Shown here piece by piece: positions 18,313 through 26,998 of a DNA stretch of 32,000 nt. Origin of the DNA: Cupriavidus necator (lineage in GTDB: Bacteria; Pseudomonadota; Gammaproteobacteria; Burkholderiales; Burkholderiaceae). The stretch covers positions 3,000,001-3,032,000 of the forward strand of contig NZ_CP066018.1 of the NCBI RefSeq assembly GCF_016127575.1. Direction: 5' to 3'. Numbering within the stretch: position 1 is the stretch's first letter; each line of letters starts with the position of its first letter. The notes under the pieces were generated by a model. That model had not been told where the DNA came from and searched no databases. It was given only the letters and a program-made list of their open reading frames with translations. The position numbers were made by a program, and so were the translations under genes.

Positions 18313-19779
18313 TCAGAGCTTTTTCATCAGCACCATGGACTTGCGCTGCCAGTTGTAGAGCTTGCGCTTGTCCTCGGGCAGGTCGTCGACGTTGGCGTGG
18401 ACGAAACCGCGCTTCAGGAACCAGTGTTCGGTCCGGGTGGTGAGCACGAACAGCTTCTCCAGGCCGAGCGCGCGGGCGCGGCGCTCGATGCGCTTGAGCA
18501 GGCGCTCGCCGTCGCCGGTGCCCTGGGCTTCCTGCGATACCGTCAGGCAGGCCATCTCGCCCATGTTCTCGCGCGGGTAGTCGTAGAGCGCCGCGCAGCC
18601 GAACAGCACGCCGTCGTGCTCGATCACCGAGAAGTTGGAGATATCGCGCTCGATCAGGTGGCGTCCGCGCGGCACCAGCGTGCCATCCTGCTCCAGCGGG
18701 GCGATCAGCTGGACGATGCCGCCGACGTCGTCGAGCGTGGCTTCGCGCAGGCTTTCCAGGTCGGTGTCGGACAGCATGGTGCCGACGCCGTCGTGCAGGA
18801 ACAGTTCCAGCAGCACCGCACCGTCGAGCGAATAGGGGATCAGGTGCGCACGCGGCACACCGCCCTTGAGCGCCTTGACCAGGTGCTGCAGGTAGTTGGC
18901 CACGTCCGGCGGCAGATGGTTGTTTTGCAGGCGCTCCACGGCGGTGCGCAGGGACATTTCCTGCATCATCTTGCCGACCGGATCGGGCACGCCCGGCACC
19001 TCGGTGATGAAGATCAGCTTGTCGGCCTTGAGCGCCGTGGCGGTGGCGCTGGCCACGTCTTCCATCGACAGGTTGAAGGCCTGGCCGGTGGGCGAGAAGC
19101 CCAGCGGCGACAGCAGCACCACCTTGCCGTGCGACAGCGACATGCGCACGGACTCGGCGTCGATCTTGCGCACCAGGCCGGTGTGCTGGTAGTCGGTGCC
19201 GTTGACGATGCCGACCGGGCGGGCAGTCACGAAGTTGCCGGAGATCACCGACAGCTGGGCGCCGGCCATCGGCGTATTGGGCAGGCCCTGGCTGAAGGCG
19301 GCCTCGATGTCCAGGCGCAGTTCGCCGGCGGCTTCCTTGGCGCATTCGAGCGCGGCGTTGTCGGTGACGCGCACGCCATCGACGAACTGTGACTCGACAT
19401 GGCGCAGCGCCAGCTGTTCTTCCACCTGCGGGCGCGAGCCGTGCACCAGCACGATCTGCATGCCCATGGCGTGCAGCAGCGCGACGTCGTTGACCAGCGC
19501 ATTGAGCACGCCCGACTTGACCAGTTCTCCGGCGAAGGCGATCACAAAGGTCTTGCCGCGGAAGGCATGGATATACGGCGCCACCATGCGCAGCCAGTCG
19601 ACGAACTGCTGGTGGTCGGGGCCGCTGCGCTCGGGCTCGGCCGCCGTGGGCGCCGGGGCGGCGGGCACGGGGGAGGTCGGGGCAGGCGCGGGGAATTCAG
19701 CCGCGGGCGGCTGCGCCGGCACGGGGGCGGCGGGTGAGGAGGCAGGCGCCGTCTGCGGCGCGTCGGTTCTGGCGTTCAT
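18313..19779 (-). CDS. argA: Amino-acid N-acetyltransferase (N-acetylglutamate synthase) ArgA
   Basis: Amino-acid-kinase-like domain (VAPYIHAFRGKTFVIAFAGE, LVHGSRPQ) fused to a C-terminal GNAT domain. Start at ATG 19779. The TTG at 19803 would overlap the hrpA ATG. About 60-aa P/A-rich N-terminal extension. Confidence 0.9.
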   Translation of the reverse strand: MNARTDAPQTAPASSPAAPVPAQPPAAEFPAPAPTSPVPAAPAPTAAEPERSGPDHQQFVDWLRMVAPYIHAFRGKTFVIAFAGELVKSGVLNALVNDVALLHAMGMQIVLVHGSRPQVEEQLALRHVESQFVDGVRVTDNAALECAKEAAGELRLDIEAAFSQGLPNTPMAGAQLSVISGNFVTARPVGIVNGTDYQHTGLVRKIDAESVRMSLSHGKVVLLSPLGFSPTGQAFNLSMEDVASATATALKADKLIFITEVPGVPDPVGKMMQEMSLRTAVERLQNNHLPPDVANYLQHLVKALKGGVPRAHLIPYSLDGAVLLELFLHDGVGTMLSDTDLESLREATLDDVGGIVQLIAPLEQDGTLVPRGRHLIERDISNFSVIEHDGVLFGCAALYDYPRENMGEMACLTVSQEAQGTGDGERLLKRIERRARALGLEKLFVLTTRTEHWFLKRGFVHANVDDLPEDKRKLYNWQRKSMVLMKKL

Positions 19780-19784
19780 CCCGC

Positions 19785-19796
19785 GGATTATAATCC
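19785..19796. promoter_or_regulatory. Perfect 12-bp palindrome GGATTATAATCC in the 23-bp argA/hrpA spacer (TATAAT readable on both strands)
   Basis: Self-complementary. + strand TATAAT at 19789-19794, - strand TATAAT at 19792-19787. Each lies 7-8 nt from the respective ATG. Confidence 0.4.
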
Positions 19797-19802
19797 CGGC
19801 CA

Positions 19803-22800
19803 ATGTCAGAACAACGCCCCGTCAAGCCTAAACCACCCGCCGCGCCGCGCCAGCGCGCCGGTGCCGCTCAGCCAGCCTCCCCAACCCAGCCCCGGCCGGC
19901 CCCAGGCCCGGCCAGGAAGCCGGACGTCCGTGCGCAGCCAGCCGCTGCCCGGCCGGCCGGTGAAGCCGGGCAGCGCCCGCCACGCGGTCCCCGCGAGGCG
20001 CGTGCGCCGCGTGCGCCAAGGCCGGTCAACCCGCTGCCGCCCATCACCTTCCCGGAGGCCCTGCCGGTCTCCGGCCGCCGCGACGAGATCGCCGCGGCGC
20101 TGCTGGCCAACCAAGTGGTGATCGTCTCGGGCGAGACCGGCTCGGGCAAGACCACCCAGCTGCCCAAGATCTGCCTGTCGATCGGGCGCGGCCCGGGGCG
20201 CGAGGGTGGGGGGCTGATCGGCCACACCCAGCCGCGGCGCATCGCCGCCACCTCGACCGCCAAACGCATTGCGCAGGAGATCGGCACGCCGCTGGGCGAG
20301 CACGTGGGCTACCAGGTGCGTTTCAACGACACCATGTCGTCGGGGGCGTCGGTCAAGCTGATGACCGACGGCATCCTGCTGGCCGAGACTCAGAACGATC
20401 CGCTGCTGCGCGCCTACGACACGCTGATCATCGATGAGGCGCACGAGCGCAGCCTGAACATCGACTTCCTGATCGGCTACCTGCGCCAGATCCTGCCGAA
20501 GCGCCCGGACCTGAAGGTGATCATCACCTCGGCCACCATCGATGCCCAGCGCTTTGCCCAGCATTTCGCCTCGGGCGACAAGCCGGCGCCGGTGATCGAG
20601 GTCAGCGGCCGCCTGTACCCGGTGGAAGTGCGCTACCGTCCGATCACCGAGGACGTGCCCGCGGGCGCGCCGCGCAGCCCGCAGGCGCGCGAGCGCGACC
20701 TGTACGACGGCATTGTCGAGGCGGTCGACGAGGTGTGCCGCGTCGGCCCGGGCGATGTGCTGGTGTTCCTGCCCGGCGAGCGCGAGATCCGCGAAGCCGC
20801 CGAGGCGCTGCGCAAGCACCACCCGCCGCATACCGAGATCCTGCCGCTGTTTGCGCGGCTGTCGGTGCAGGAGCAGGAGCGGGTGTTCAAGCCGTCCAAC
20901 GCGCGGCGCATCGTGCTGGCGACCAACGTCGCCGAAACCTCGCTGACGGTGCCGGGCATCCGCTACGTGGTCGATACCGGGCTGGCGCGGGTCAAGCGCT
21001 ACTCGTACCGCAACAAGGTCGAGCAACTGCAGGTCGAGTCGATCTCGCAGGCCGCTGCCAACCAGCGCGCTGGCCGTTGCGGCCGGGTTGCCAACGGCGT
21101 GTGCATCCGGCTGTATGAGGAGTCCGATTTCGCCGGCCGGCCGCGCTTTACCGACCCCGAGATCCTGCGCTCGTCGCTGGCCGCGGTGATCCTGCGCATG
21201 AAGGCGCTGCGGCTGACCGAGATCGAGTCGTTCCCGTTTATCGAGCCGCCGCTGGGCCGCGCCGTTGCCGACGGCTACCAGCTGCTGCAGGAACTGGGCG
21301 CGGTCGACGACGCCAACCAGCTTACCGGCACCGGGCGCCAGCTGGCCAAGCTGCCGCTGGACCCGCGCGTGGCGCGCATGATCCTGGCCGCGCGCGAGCA
21401 TCACTGCCTGCGCGAGGTGCTGGTCATCGCCAGCGCGCTGTCGGTGCAGGACCCGCGCGACCGCCCGCAGGAGGCGCAGGAAGCCGCCGACCAGGCGCAC
21501 CGCAAGTTCATGGACGAGAAGTCCGAGTTCCTGGGCTGGGTCAGGCTGTGGAAGTGGTTCGAGGACGCGGTCGCGCACAAGAAGTCCAACCGCCAGCTGC
21601 AGGACCAGTGCCGCGCCCACTTCCTGTCGCACCTGCGGCTGCGCGAGTGGCGCGACGTGCATTCGCAACTGCTGACCACGGTGACCGAGCAGGGCTGGCG
21701 CCTGAACGACAGCGAGCCCACCTATGAGCAGGTGCACAAGGCGCTGCTGACCGGCCTGCTGGGCAATGTCGGCTGCCGCATCGAGGATGGCGACGGCAAG
21801 GGCCGCGAATACCTGGGCGCGCGCGGCATCAAGTTCCACCTGTGGCCGGGCTCGCTGATCGCGCGCAAGGTCGGGCGCTGGATCGTCGCGGCCGAGCTGG
21901 TCGAGACCAGCCGGCTGTTCGCGCGCACGCTGGCGCGCATCGAGCCGGAGTGGCTGGAACAGGTGGGCCGTCACCTGCTCAAGGTCAGCTGGAGCGATCC
22001 GCACTGGGAAAAGAAGGCGGGCCAGGTGCTGGCGCTGGAGCGCGCCACGCTGTACGGGCTGGTGGTCTACCAGCACCGGCGCGTGCACTACGGCCCGATG
22101 AACCCGCAGGAAGCGCGCGAGATCTTTATCCGCCGTGCGCTGGTCGAGGGCGAGTTCGACACGCGCCTGCCGTTCTACGCGCACAACCAGCGCCTGGTGC
22201 GCGAGATCGAGAACCTGGAGCACAAGTCGCGCCGCCAGGACGTGCTGGTCGACGACGAACTGATCTACGCCTTCTACGATCGCGCGATTCCCGCCGACAT
22301 CTGCCAGCAGGCCAGCTTCGAGCAGTGGTACCAGGCAGAGAGCGGCAAGGACCGCAAGCTGCTGTACCTGAACCGCGACGAGCTGATGCGGCACGAGGCG
22401 GCCGGCATCACCACCGACCTGTTCCCCAAGGCCATGAACGTGGCCGGGGTGGACATGGGGCTGACCTACCACTTCGAGCCAGGCAGCCACCGCGACGGCG
22501 TGACCCTGACCGTGCCGCTGTACGCACTCAACCAGGTGCGCCAGGAGCGTGCCGACTGGCTGGTGCCGGGCATGATCAAGGAGAAGGTGCACCTGCTGCT
22601 CAAGTCGCTGCCGCAGAAGCTGCGCCGCCACTGCGTGCCGCTGCCGGAATATGCCGCGGCCTTTGTCGCGCGCCAGCCGCTTGGCGAGGGCGAGCTGCTG
22701 GACGTGCTGATTGCCGATATCCGCGAGCAGACCGGCACCATGGTCAAGCGCGCCGACTTCAAGCTGGAAACGCTGCCCGCGCACCATACGATGAACTTCA

Positions 22801-23840
22801 AGGTGGTCGACGAGCACGGCCGCCAGCTTGAGATGGGCCGCAACCTGGCCCAGCTGCGCGCCGAGCTGGGCGGGCAGGCGCAGCAGTCGTTCCAGCGGGT
22901 GGCCGCGCAAGCCGCGGCACAGGCGGCAACCCAGGCCCCGGAGCAGGCGGCGCCGCTGGCCGCGGCCGAGCCCGGCAAGTACGAGGGACTGACCGGCTGG
23001 ACCTTCGGTGAGCTGCCCGAGCTGCTGGAGATCCGCAAGGGCAGCCAGACCCTGTTCGGCTACCCCGCGCTGGTCGATCGCGGCACGCACTGCGACGTGG
23101 AAGTCTTCGACGACCCGCAGGAAGCCGCCCGCGTCCACCACCTGGGGCTGCGCCGGCTGTTTGCGCTGCAGCTGCGCGAGCAGGTCAAGTTCATCGAGAA
23201 GAACATCCCGGGCCTGCAGCAGATGGCGATGCAGTACATGACGCTGGGCACGCAGGAGATGCTGCGCGAACAGGTCGTGATGCTGGCGCTGGAGCGTGCC
23301 TGCATGCAGGCGCCGCTGCCGCGCAACGAGGCCGAGTTCAATGCACGCAAGGATGAGGGCCGCACCCGGCTGTCGCTGCTGGCGCAGGAGATCGCGCGGC
23401 TGGTGGGGACCATCCTGGCCGAGTACGCCGGACTGCCGCGCAAGCTGCTGCAGGCCAAGCCGTTCGCCGGGCCCCATGCGGACATGGAAGCGCAGCTCGG
23501 GCGGCTGATGGGCAAGCGCTTTGTCGACGAGACCCCATACACGCAACTGGTCCATTTCCCGCGCTACCTGAAGGGCATCGCCATGCGGGTGGACAAGCTC
23601 AAGGGCGACCCGGCGCGCGACACCCAGCGCACGCAGGAGATGGCGCCGCTGGTGCAGCAGTGGCAGCGGGCCGAAAAGCAGCTGCGCACTCAGGGCCGCG
23701 GCGGCGAGGACGCGCGGCTGGAGGAATTCCGCTGGATGCTGGAGGAGCTGCGCATCGCGCTGTTCGCCCAGGAGCTGCGCACACCGGTGCCGATGTCGGT
23801 CAAGCGGCTGCAGAAAGTGTGGGAATCGATGCAGCGCTGA
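19803..23840 (+). CDS. hrpA: ATP-dependent RNA helicase HrpA (DEAH-box)
   Basis: GETGSGKTTQLPK (motif I), DEAHERS (motif II), SATID. HA2/OB and long C-terminal HrpA domains. 1345 aa. Aligns to E. coli HrpA from ITFPEALPVS. P/A/R-rich N-terminus. Confidence 0.93.
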   Translation: MSEQRPVKPKPPAAPRQRAGAAQPASPTQPRPAPGPARKPDVRAQPAAARPAGEAGQRPPRGPREARAPRAPRPVNPLPPITFPEALPVSGRRDEIAAALLANQVVIVSGETGSGKTTQLPKICLSIGRGPGREGGGLIGHTQPRRIAATSTAKRIAQEIGTPLGEHVGYQVRFNDTMSSGASVKLMTDGILLAETQNDPLLRAYDTLIIDEAHERSLNIDFLIGYLRQILPKRPDLKVIITSATIDAQRFAQHFASGDKPAPVIEVSGRLYPVEVRYRPITEDVPAGAPRSPQARERDLYDGIVEAVDEVCRVGPGDVLVFLPGEREIREAAEALRKHHPPHTEILPLFARLSVQEQERVFKPSNARRIVLATNVAETSLTVPGIRYVVDTGLARVKRYSYRNKVEQLQVESISQAAANQRAGRCGRVANGVCIRLYEESDFAGRPRFTDPEILRSSLAAVILRMKALRLTEIESFPFIEPPLGRAVADGYQLLQELGAVDDANQLTGTGRQLAKLPLDPRVARMILAAREHHCLREVLVIASALSVQDPRDRPQEAQEAADQAHRKFMDEKSEFLGWVRLWKWFEDAVAHKKSNRQLQDQCRAHFLSHLRLREWRDVHSQLLTTVTEQGWRLNDSEPTYEQVHKALLTGLLGNVGCRIEDGDGKGREYLGARGIKFHLWPGSLIARKVGRWIVAAELVETSRLFARTLARIEPEWLEQVGRHLLKVSWSDPHWEKKAGQVLALERATLYGLVVYQHRRVHYGPMNPQEAREIFIRRALVEGEFDTRLPFYAHNQRLVREIENLEHKSRRQDVLVDDELIYAFYDRAIPADICQQASFEQWYQAESGKDRKLLYLNRDELMRHEAAGITTDLFPKAMNVAGVDMGLTYHFEPGSHRDGVTLTVPLYALNQVRQERADWLVPGMIKEKVHLLLKSLPQKLRRHCVPLPEYAAAFVARQPLGEGELLDVLIADIREQTGTMVKRADFKLETLPAHHTMNFKVVDEHGRQLEMGRNLAQLRAELGGQAQQSFQRVAAQAAAQAATQAPEQAAPLAAAEPGKYEGLTGWTFGELPELLEIRKGSQTLFGYPALVDRGTHCDVEVFDDPQEAARVHHLGLRRLFALQLREQVKFIEKNIPGLQQMAMQYMTLGTQEMLREQVVMLALERACMQAPLPRNEAEFNARKDEGRTRLSLLAQEIARLVGTILAEYAGLPRKLLQAKPFAGPHADMEAQLGRLMGKRFVDETPYTQLVHFPRYLKGIAMRVDKLKGDPARDTQRTQEMAPLVQQWQRAEKQLRTQGRGGEDARLEEFRWMLEELRIALFAQELRTPVPMSVKRLQKVWESMQR

Positions 23841-23957
23841 GCGCCGGCGCGGGGCGCAATGCCGGGGCGAACCGCAAATGGTCGCTCCGGCGCAACAATC
23901 TGCCAAAATCTTGATCGAGTTCGGCCGCGGCGTCAGCGGATTTTCGTGCTCAACCGT

Positions 23958-23963
23958 TAGAAT
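23958..23963 (+). promoter_or_regulatory. Candidate -10 box TAGAAT upstream of the beta-propeller gene
   Basis: TAGAAT lies 30 nt before ATG 23994. No convincing -35. Confidence 0.25.
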
Positions 23964-23993
23964 CGCCGGTTCAGTCTTCTTCTGGCGGGTCTT

Positions 23994-24992
23994 ATGTTTG
24001 CGCTGCGGTTCGCATTGCGTCGTGTTGTAGCTGGTGGTTTCACGGTGGGCGCCCTGGCGCTGGGCCTGCTGGCCGCACCGGCATCGGCGGAAGTGGTGGT
24101 GATCCTGAATTCAGGTGATGCAACCGTCACGCTAATCGACAAGAATACCCAGAAGGTGCTGGAGACCTTCCCGATCGGCAAGGAACCGCACCACCTGATC
24201 GCAACGCCGGACGACAAGTCGCTGATCGTTGCCAACGCGGTCGGCAACGACCTGGTGTTCCTGGACCCGGTCTCGGGCAAGGTCCAGCAGCGCGTGCCCA
24301 ATGTCGACGACCCGTACCAGATCGGCTTCTCGCCGGACCAGAAGTGGTTTGTCGCCACCGGCAACCGGCTCGACCGTGTCGACCTCTACCGCTGGGACGG
24401 CAAGGCGCTGAAGCTGGCCAAACAGTTCCCGCTGGCCAAGACCCCCAGCCATATCGCCTTTACCGCCGACAGCCGCATCGCCTTCATCACGCTGCAGGAC
24501 TCCAATGAGGTGGCAGCCATCGACCTGGTCACGCAGAACGTGATGTGGCGCATGGAAACCGGCTCGGCGCCGGCGGGCATCTGGGTCACGCCGGACCAGA
24601 AATACCTGCTGGTCGGCATGACCGGGGCTGATTACGTGGCCGTGATCGACTGGCGCACGCGCACGGTGGTCAAGCAGATCCAGACCGGCAAGGGCGCGCA
24701 CAACTTCCGCGCGGTCGGCGACAAGCGCCACCTGTTCCTCAGCAACCGGGTCACGAGCAGCATCAGCATCATCGACCAGCAGACGCTGGCCAAGGTCGGC
24801 GACATCACCGGCCTGCCGCCGGGCCCGGACGACATGGAGCTGACCGCCGACGGCAAGACGCTGTGGGTCACCTTCCGCTGGGCGCGCTCGGTCGGCCTGG
24901 TCGACGTGGCCAGCCGCAAGCTGGTCAAGACCGTGCGCGTCGGGCGCTCGCCGCACGGCATCTATTTCCGCACTCGCGCGCCGCTGTATTGA
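23994..24992 (+). CDS. Secreted YncE/YVTN-type beta-propeller repeat protein
   Basis: Signal-peptide-like N-terminus (...GALALGLLAAPASA-EV). About 40-aa repeats of the form ..V.V(I)D..T.KV...I.VG..PH.I..(S/T)PDGK typical of YVTN/YncE propellers. Confidence 0.7.
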   Translation: MFALRFALRRVVAGGFTVGALALGLLAAPASAEVVVILNSGDATVTLIDKNTQKVLETFPIGKEPHHLIATPDDKSLIVANAVGNDLVFLDPVSGKVQQRVPNVDDPYQIGFSPDQKWFVATGNRLDRVDLYRWDGKALKLAKQFPLAKTPSHIAFTADSRIAFITLQDSNEVAAIDLVTQNVMWRMETGSAPAGIWVTPDQKYLLVGMTGADYVAVIDWRTRTVVKQIQTGKGAHNFRAVGDKRHLFLSNRVTSSISIIDQQTLAKVGDITGLPPGPDDMELTADGKTLWVTFRWARSVGLVDVASRKLVKTVRVGRSPHGIYFRTRAPLY

Positions 24993-25010
24993 CCGGGCAG
25001 GGCAGGGACC

Positions 25011-25871
25011 ATGGACGATACCAGGGCATCGCGATCCGGACGGCTGGGCAGGCTGCTGGCTGCGCTGGCGCTTGCCTGCGTCCTGCCGTCGGCGCTGCAG
25101 GCGGCTGACGTGCCCAAGCCTGGCGCCAAGGCGTGCCCGGCCGGCACGCTTTACCTGACCTTCGACACCGGCAGCATGAGCCAGGCGCAGTTGATCGCCG
25201 ATACGCTGCGCCGCCACCATATCCGCGCCACCTTCTTCCTGGCCAATGAGCCGACCGTGCGCCAGGACAGTTCGCTGGACCCATCCTGGGCGCCGTACTG
25301 GAAGTCACTGGTGGCCGACGGCCACGCCTTTGGCACGCATACCTTCGACCATGTCTACCTGCGCAGCGTGCACGCCGGGCATGTGACCATGAGGCCGCAG
25401 TTCGGCACGCAGGCGGGCAAGGACATGGTCATGGACGCGGCCGGATTCTGCCAGGAGCTGCGGCGCAGCGCCGACGCCTTCCACGGCATGACCGGCGCCG
25501 CCATGGTGCCGCTGTGGCGCGCCCCGGGCGGGCGCACCGCCCCGCAGACGGTGCAATGGGCCGAGCAGTGCGGCTTCCGCCACGTCGGCTGGGCGCCGGC
25601 CGGGTTCCTGGGCGACGAGCTGTCGTCCGACCGCTATCCCAACGCGGCGCTGCTGGAACGCGCGCTGGCCAACCTGCGCGACGGCGATATCACCATGGCG
25701 CACCTGGGCATCTGGTCGCGCAAGGATCCGTGGGCGCCCGGCGTGCTGGAGCCGCTGCTCGCCGGCCTTGAGCGCAAGGGATTCTGTTTCGCGACGCTGC
25801 GCGAGCACCCGGCCTACCGCGACTGGATCGCCAGGCCGCAGCCAGTCGGGCAAAAGGAGGGCAGGCGCTGA
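25011..25871 (+). CDS. Secreted polysaccharide deacetylase (NodB-homology / CE4 family)
   Basis: Signal peptide (LLAALALACVLPSALQA-AD). NodB-like motif 1 LTFDTG and motif 2 HTFDH. 18-nt gap from the previous gene. Confidence 0.8.
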   Translation: MDDTRASRSGRLGRLLAALALACVLPSALQAADVPKPGAKACPAGTLYLTFDTGSMSQAQLIADTLRRHHIRATFFLANEPTVRQDSSLDPSWAPYWKSLVADGHAFGTHTFDHVYLRSVHAGHVTMRPQFGTQAGKDMVMDAAGFCQELRRSADAFHGMTGAAMVPLWRAPGGRTAPQTVQWAEQCGFRHVGWAPAGFLGDELSSDRYPNAALLERALANLRDGDITMAHLGIWSRKDPWAPGVLEPLLAGLERKGFCFATLREHPAYRDWIARPQPVGQKEGRR

Positions 25872-26845
25872 TGTGGGAGACGCTGAACGGCTGGATCGGC
25901 CAGGTCGAGGGCACGCTGTTCCAGGACGTGGTGCTGCCCGTGGTCTACGACCTCGGGTTTGGCCGCTATGCCGAGGAAGCCTTCACCGGCACCGAGTGGC
26001 TGCTGGTGGGCCTGGTGCAGATCGTGGTGATGGCATTGATCCTGGGGCCGCTGGAGAAATGGCGCCCGGTCGAGCCGGTATCCGACCGCGCCGGCATCCG
26101 CACCGATATCTTCTACACGGTGATCCACCGGCTCGGGCTGTTCCGGCTGGCCATGTTCTTCCTGCTCGCGCCGCTGACCGACGCCCTGGAAGGCGACCTG
26201 CGGCTGATGGGCTGGCACCGCATCAATGTGGAAGACTGGTGGCCGGGCGTGACCTCGGTGCCGCTGGTCAGCTTCTTTGTCTACCTGCTGCTGTTCGACT
26301 TCCTCGACTACTGGTACCACCGGCTGTCGCATTCGTTCCGCTGGTGGTGGCATCTGCATGCGGTGCACCACAGCCAGCGCCAGATGACGCTGTGGAGCGA
26401 CAACCGCAACCACCTGCTGGACGACATGCTGCGCGATCTGGTGTTCGCGCTGGTGGCGCTGGGCGTGGGCGTGGAGCCGTCGCAGTACGTGCTGCTGGTG
26501 GCGTTGTCGCAGTTGCTGCAGAGCCTGCAGCATGCCAACGTGCGACTGCACTTCGGCGCCATCGGCGAGCGGCTGCTGATCTCGCCGCGCTTTCATCGCA
26601 CCCACCACGCCGTGGGCATCGGCCATGAGGCCGACGGCGCACCGGCCAAGCTGGGCGGCTGCAACTACGGCGTGATCTTCCCGTGGTGGGACATGCTGCT
26701 CGGCACCGCGGTCTTCACCGAGACCTACCACCCGACCGGCATCCGCGACCAGCTGCCGCCGCCGCTGGGCAAGGGCCACGACTACGGCGCGGGCTTCCTG
26801 GCGCACCAGTGGTACGGCATCAAGCGGCTGCTGCGGCTGCGCTGA
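25871..26845 (+). CDS. Membrane fatty-acid hydroxylase / sterol desaturase superfamily di-iron enzyme
   Basis: Three histidine boxes HRLSH, HAVHH, HRTHH, and multiple TM segments. The ATG shares its A with the upstream TGA (TGATG overlap). Confidence 0.8.
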   Translation: MWETLNGWIGQVEGTLFQDVVLPVVYDLGFGRYAEEAFTGTEWLLVGLVQIVVMALILGPLEKWRPVEPVSDRAGIRTDIFYTVIHRLGLFRLAMFFLLAPLTDALEGDLRLMGWHRINVEDWWPGVTSVPLVSFFVYLLLFDFLDYWYHRLSHSFRWWWHLHAVHHSQRQMTLWSDNRNHLLDDMLRDLVFALVALGVGVEPSQYVLLVALSQLLQSLQHANVRLHFGAIGERLLISPRFHRTHHAVGIGHEADGAPAKLGGCNYGVIFPWWDMLLGTAVFTETYHPTGIRDQLPPPLGKGHDYGAGFLAHQWYGIKRLLRLR

Positions 26846-26998
26846 AACGGCGGGTCTGGAGGTAGTCCTCCACCCGCGGCGCAACACGGCGCGCCGCGGC
26901 GGCAAGCGGCGTATGCTAGTGTTCCGGGTTGCCGCCGGTCCGGCCCAGTCGGACTTCTGCCGCGCCCGGCGCCTTTCCTCCTGTCTGCCTTCGACTGC

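Noticed and set aside
19806-23906. 1366-aa ORF antisense to hrpA. Similar giant antisense ORFs occur at 11817-15269 (1150 aa), 25814-28609 (931 aa), 4105-6333 (742 aa), 7955-9424, 6658-8061 and 2984-4102.
   Set aside because: Each mirrors a sense-strand gene with unmistakable conserved motifs. Their translations are low-complexity R/A/G/H/Q/L-rich strings without recognisable domains. In DNA with strongly GC-biased codon third positions, the antisense frames are depleted of stop codons, so such shadow ORFs are expected.
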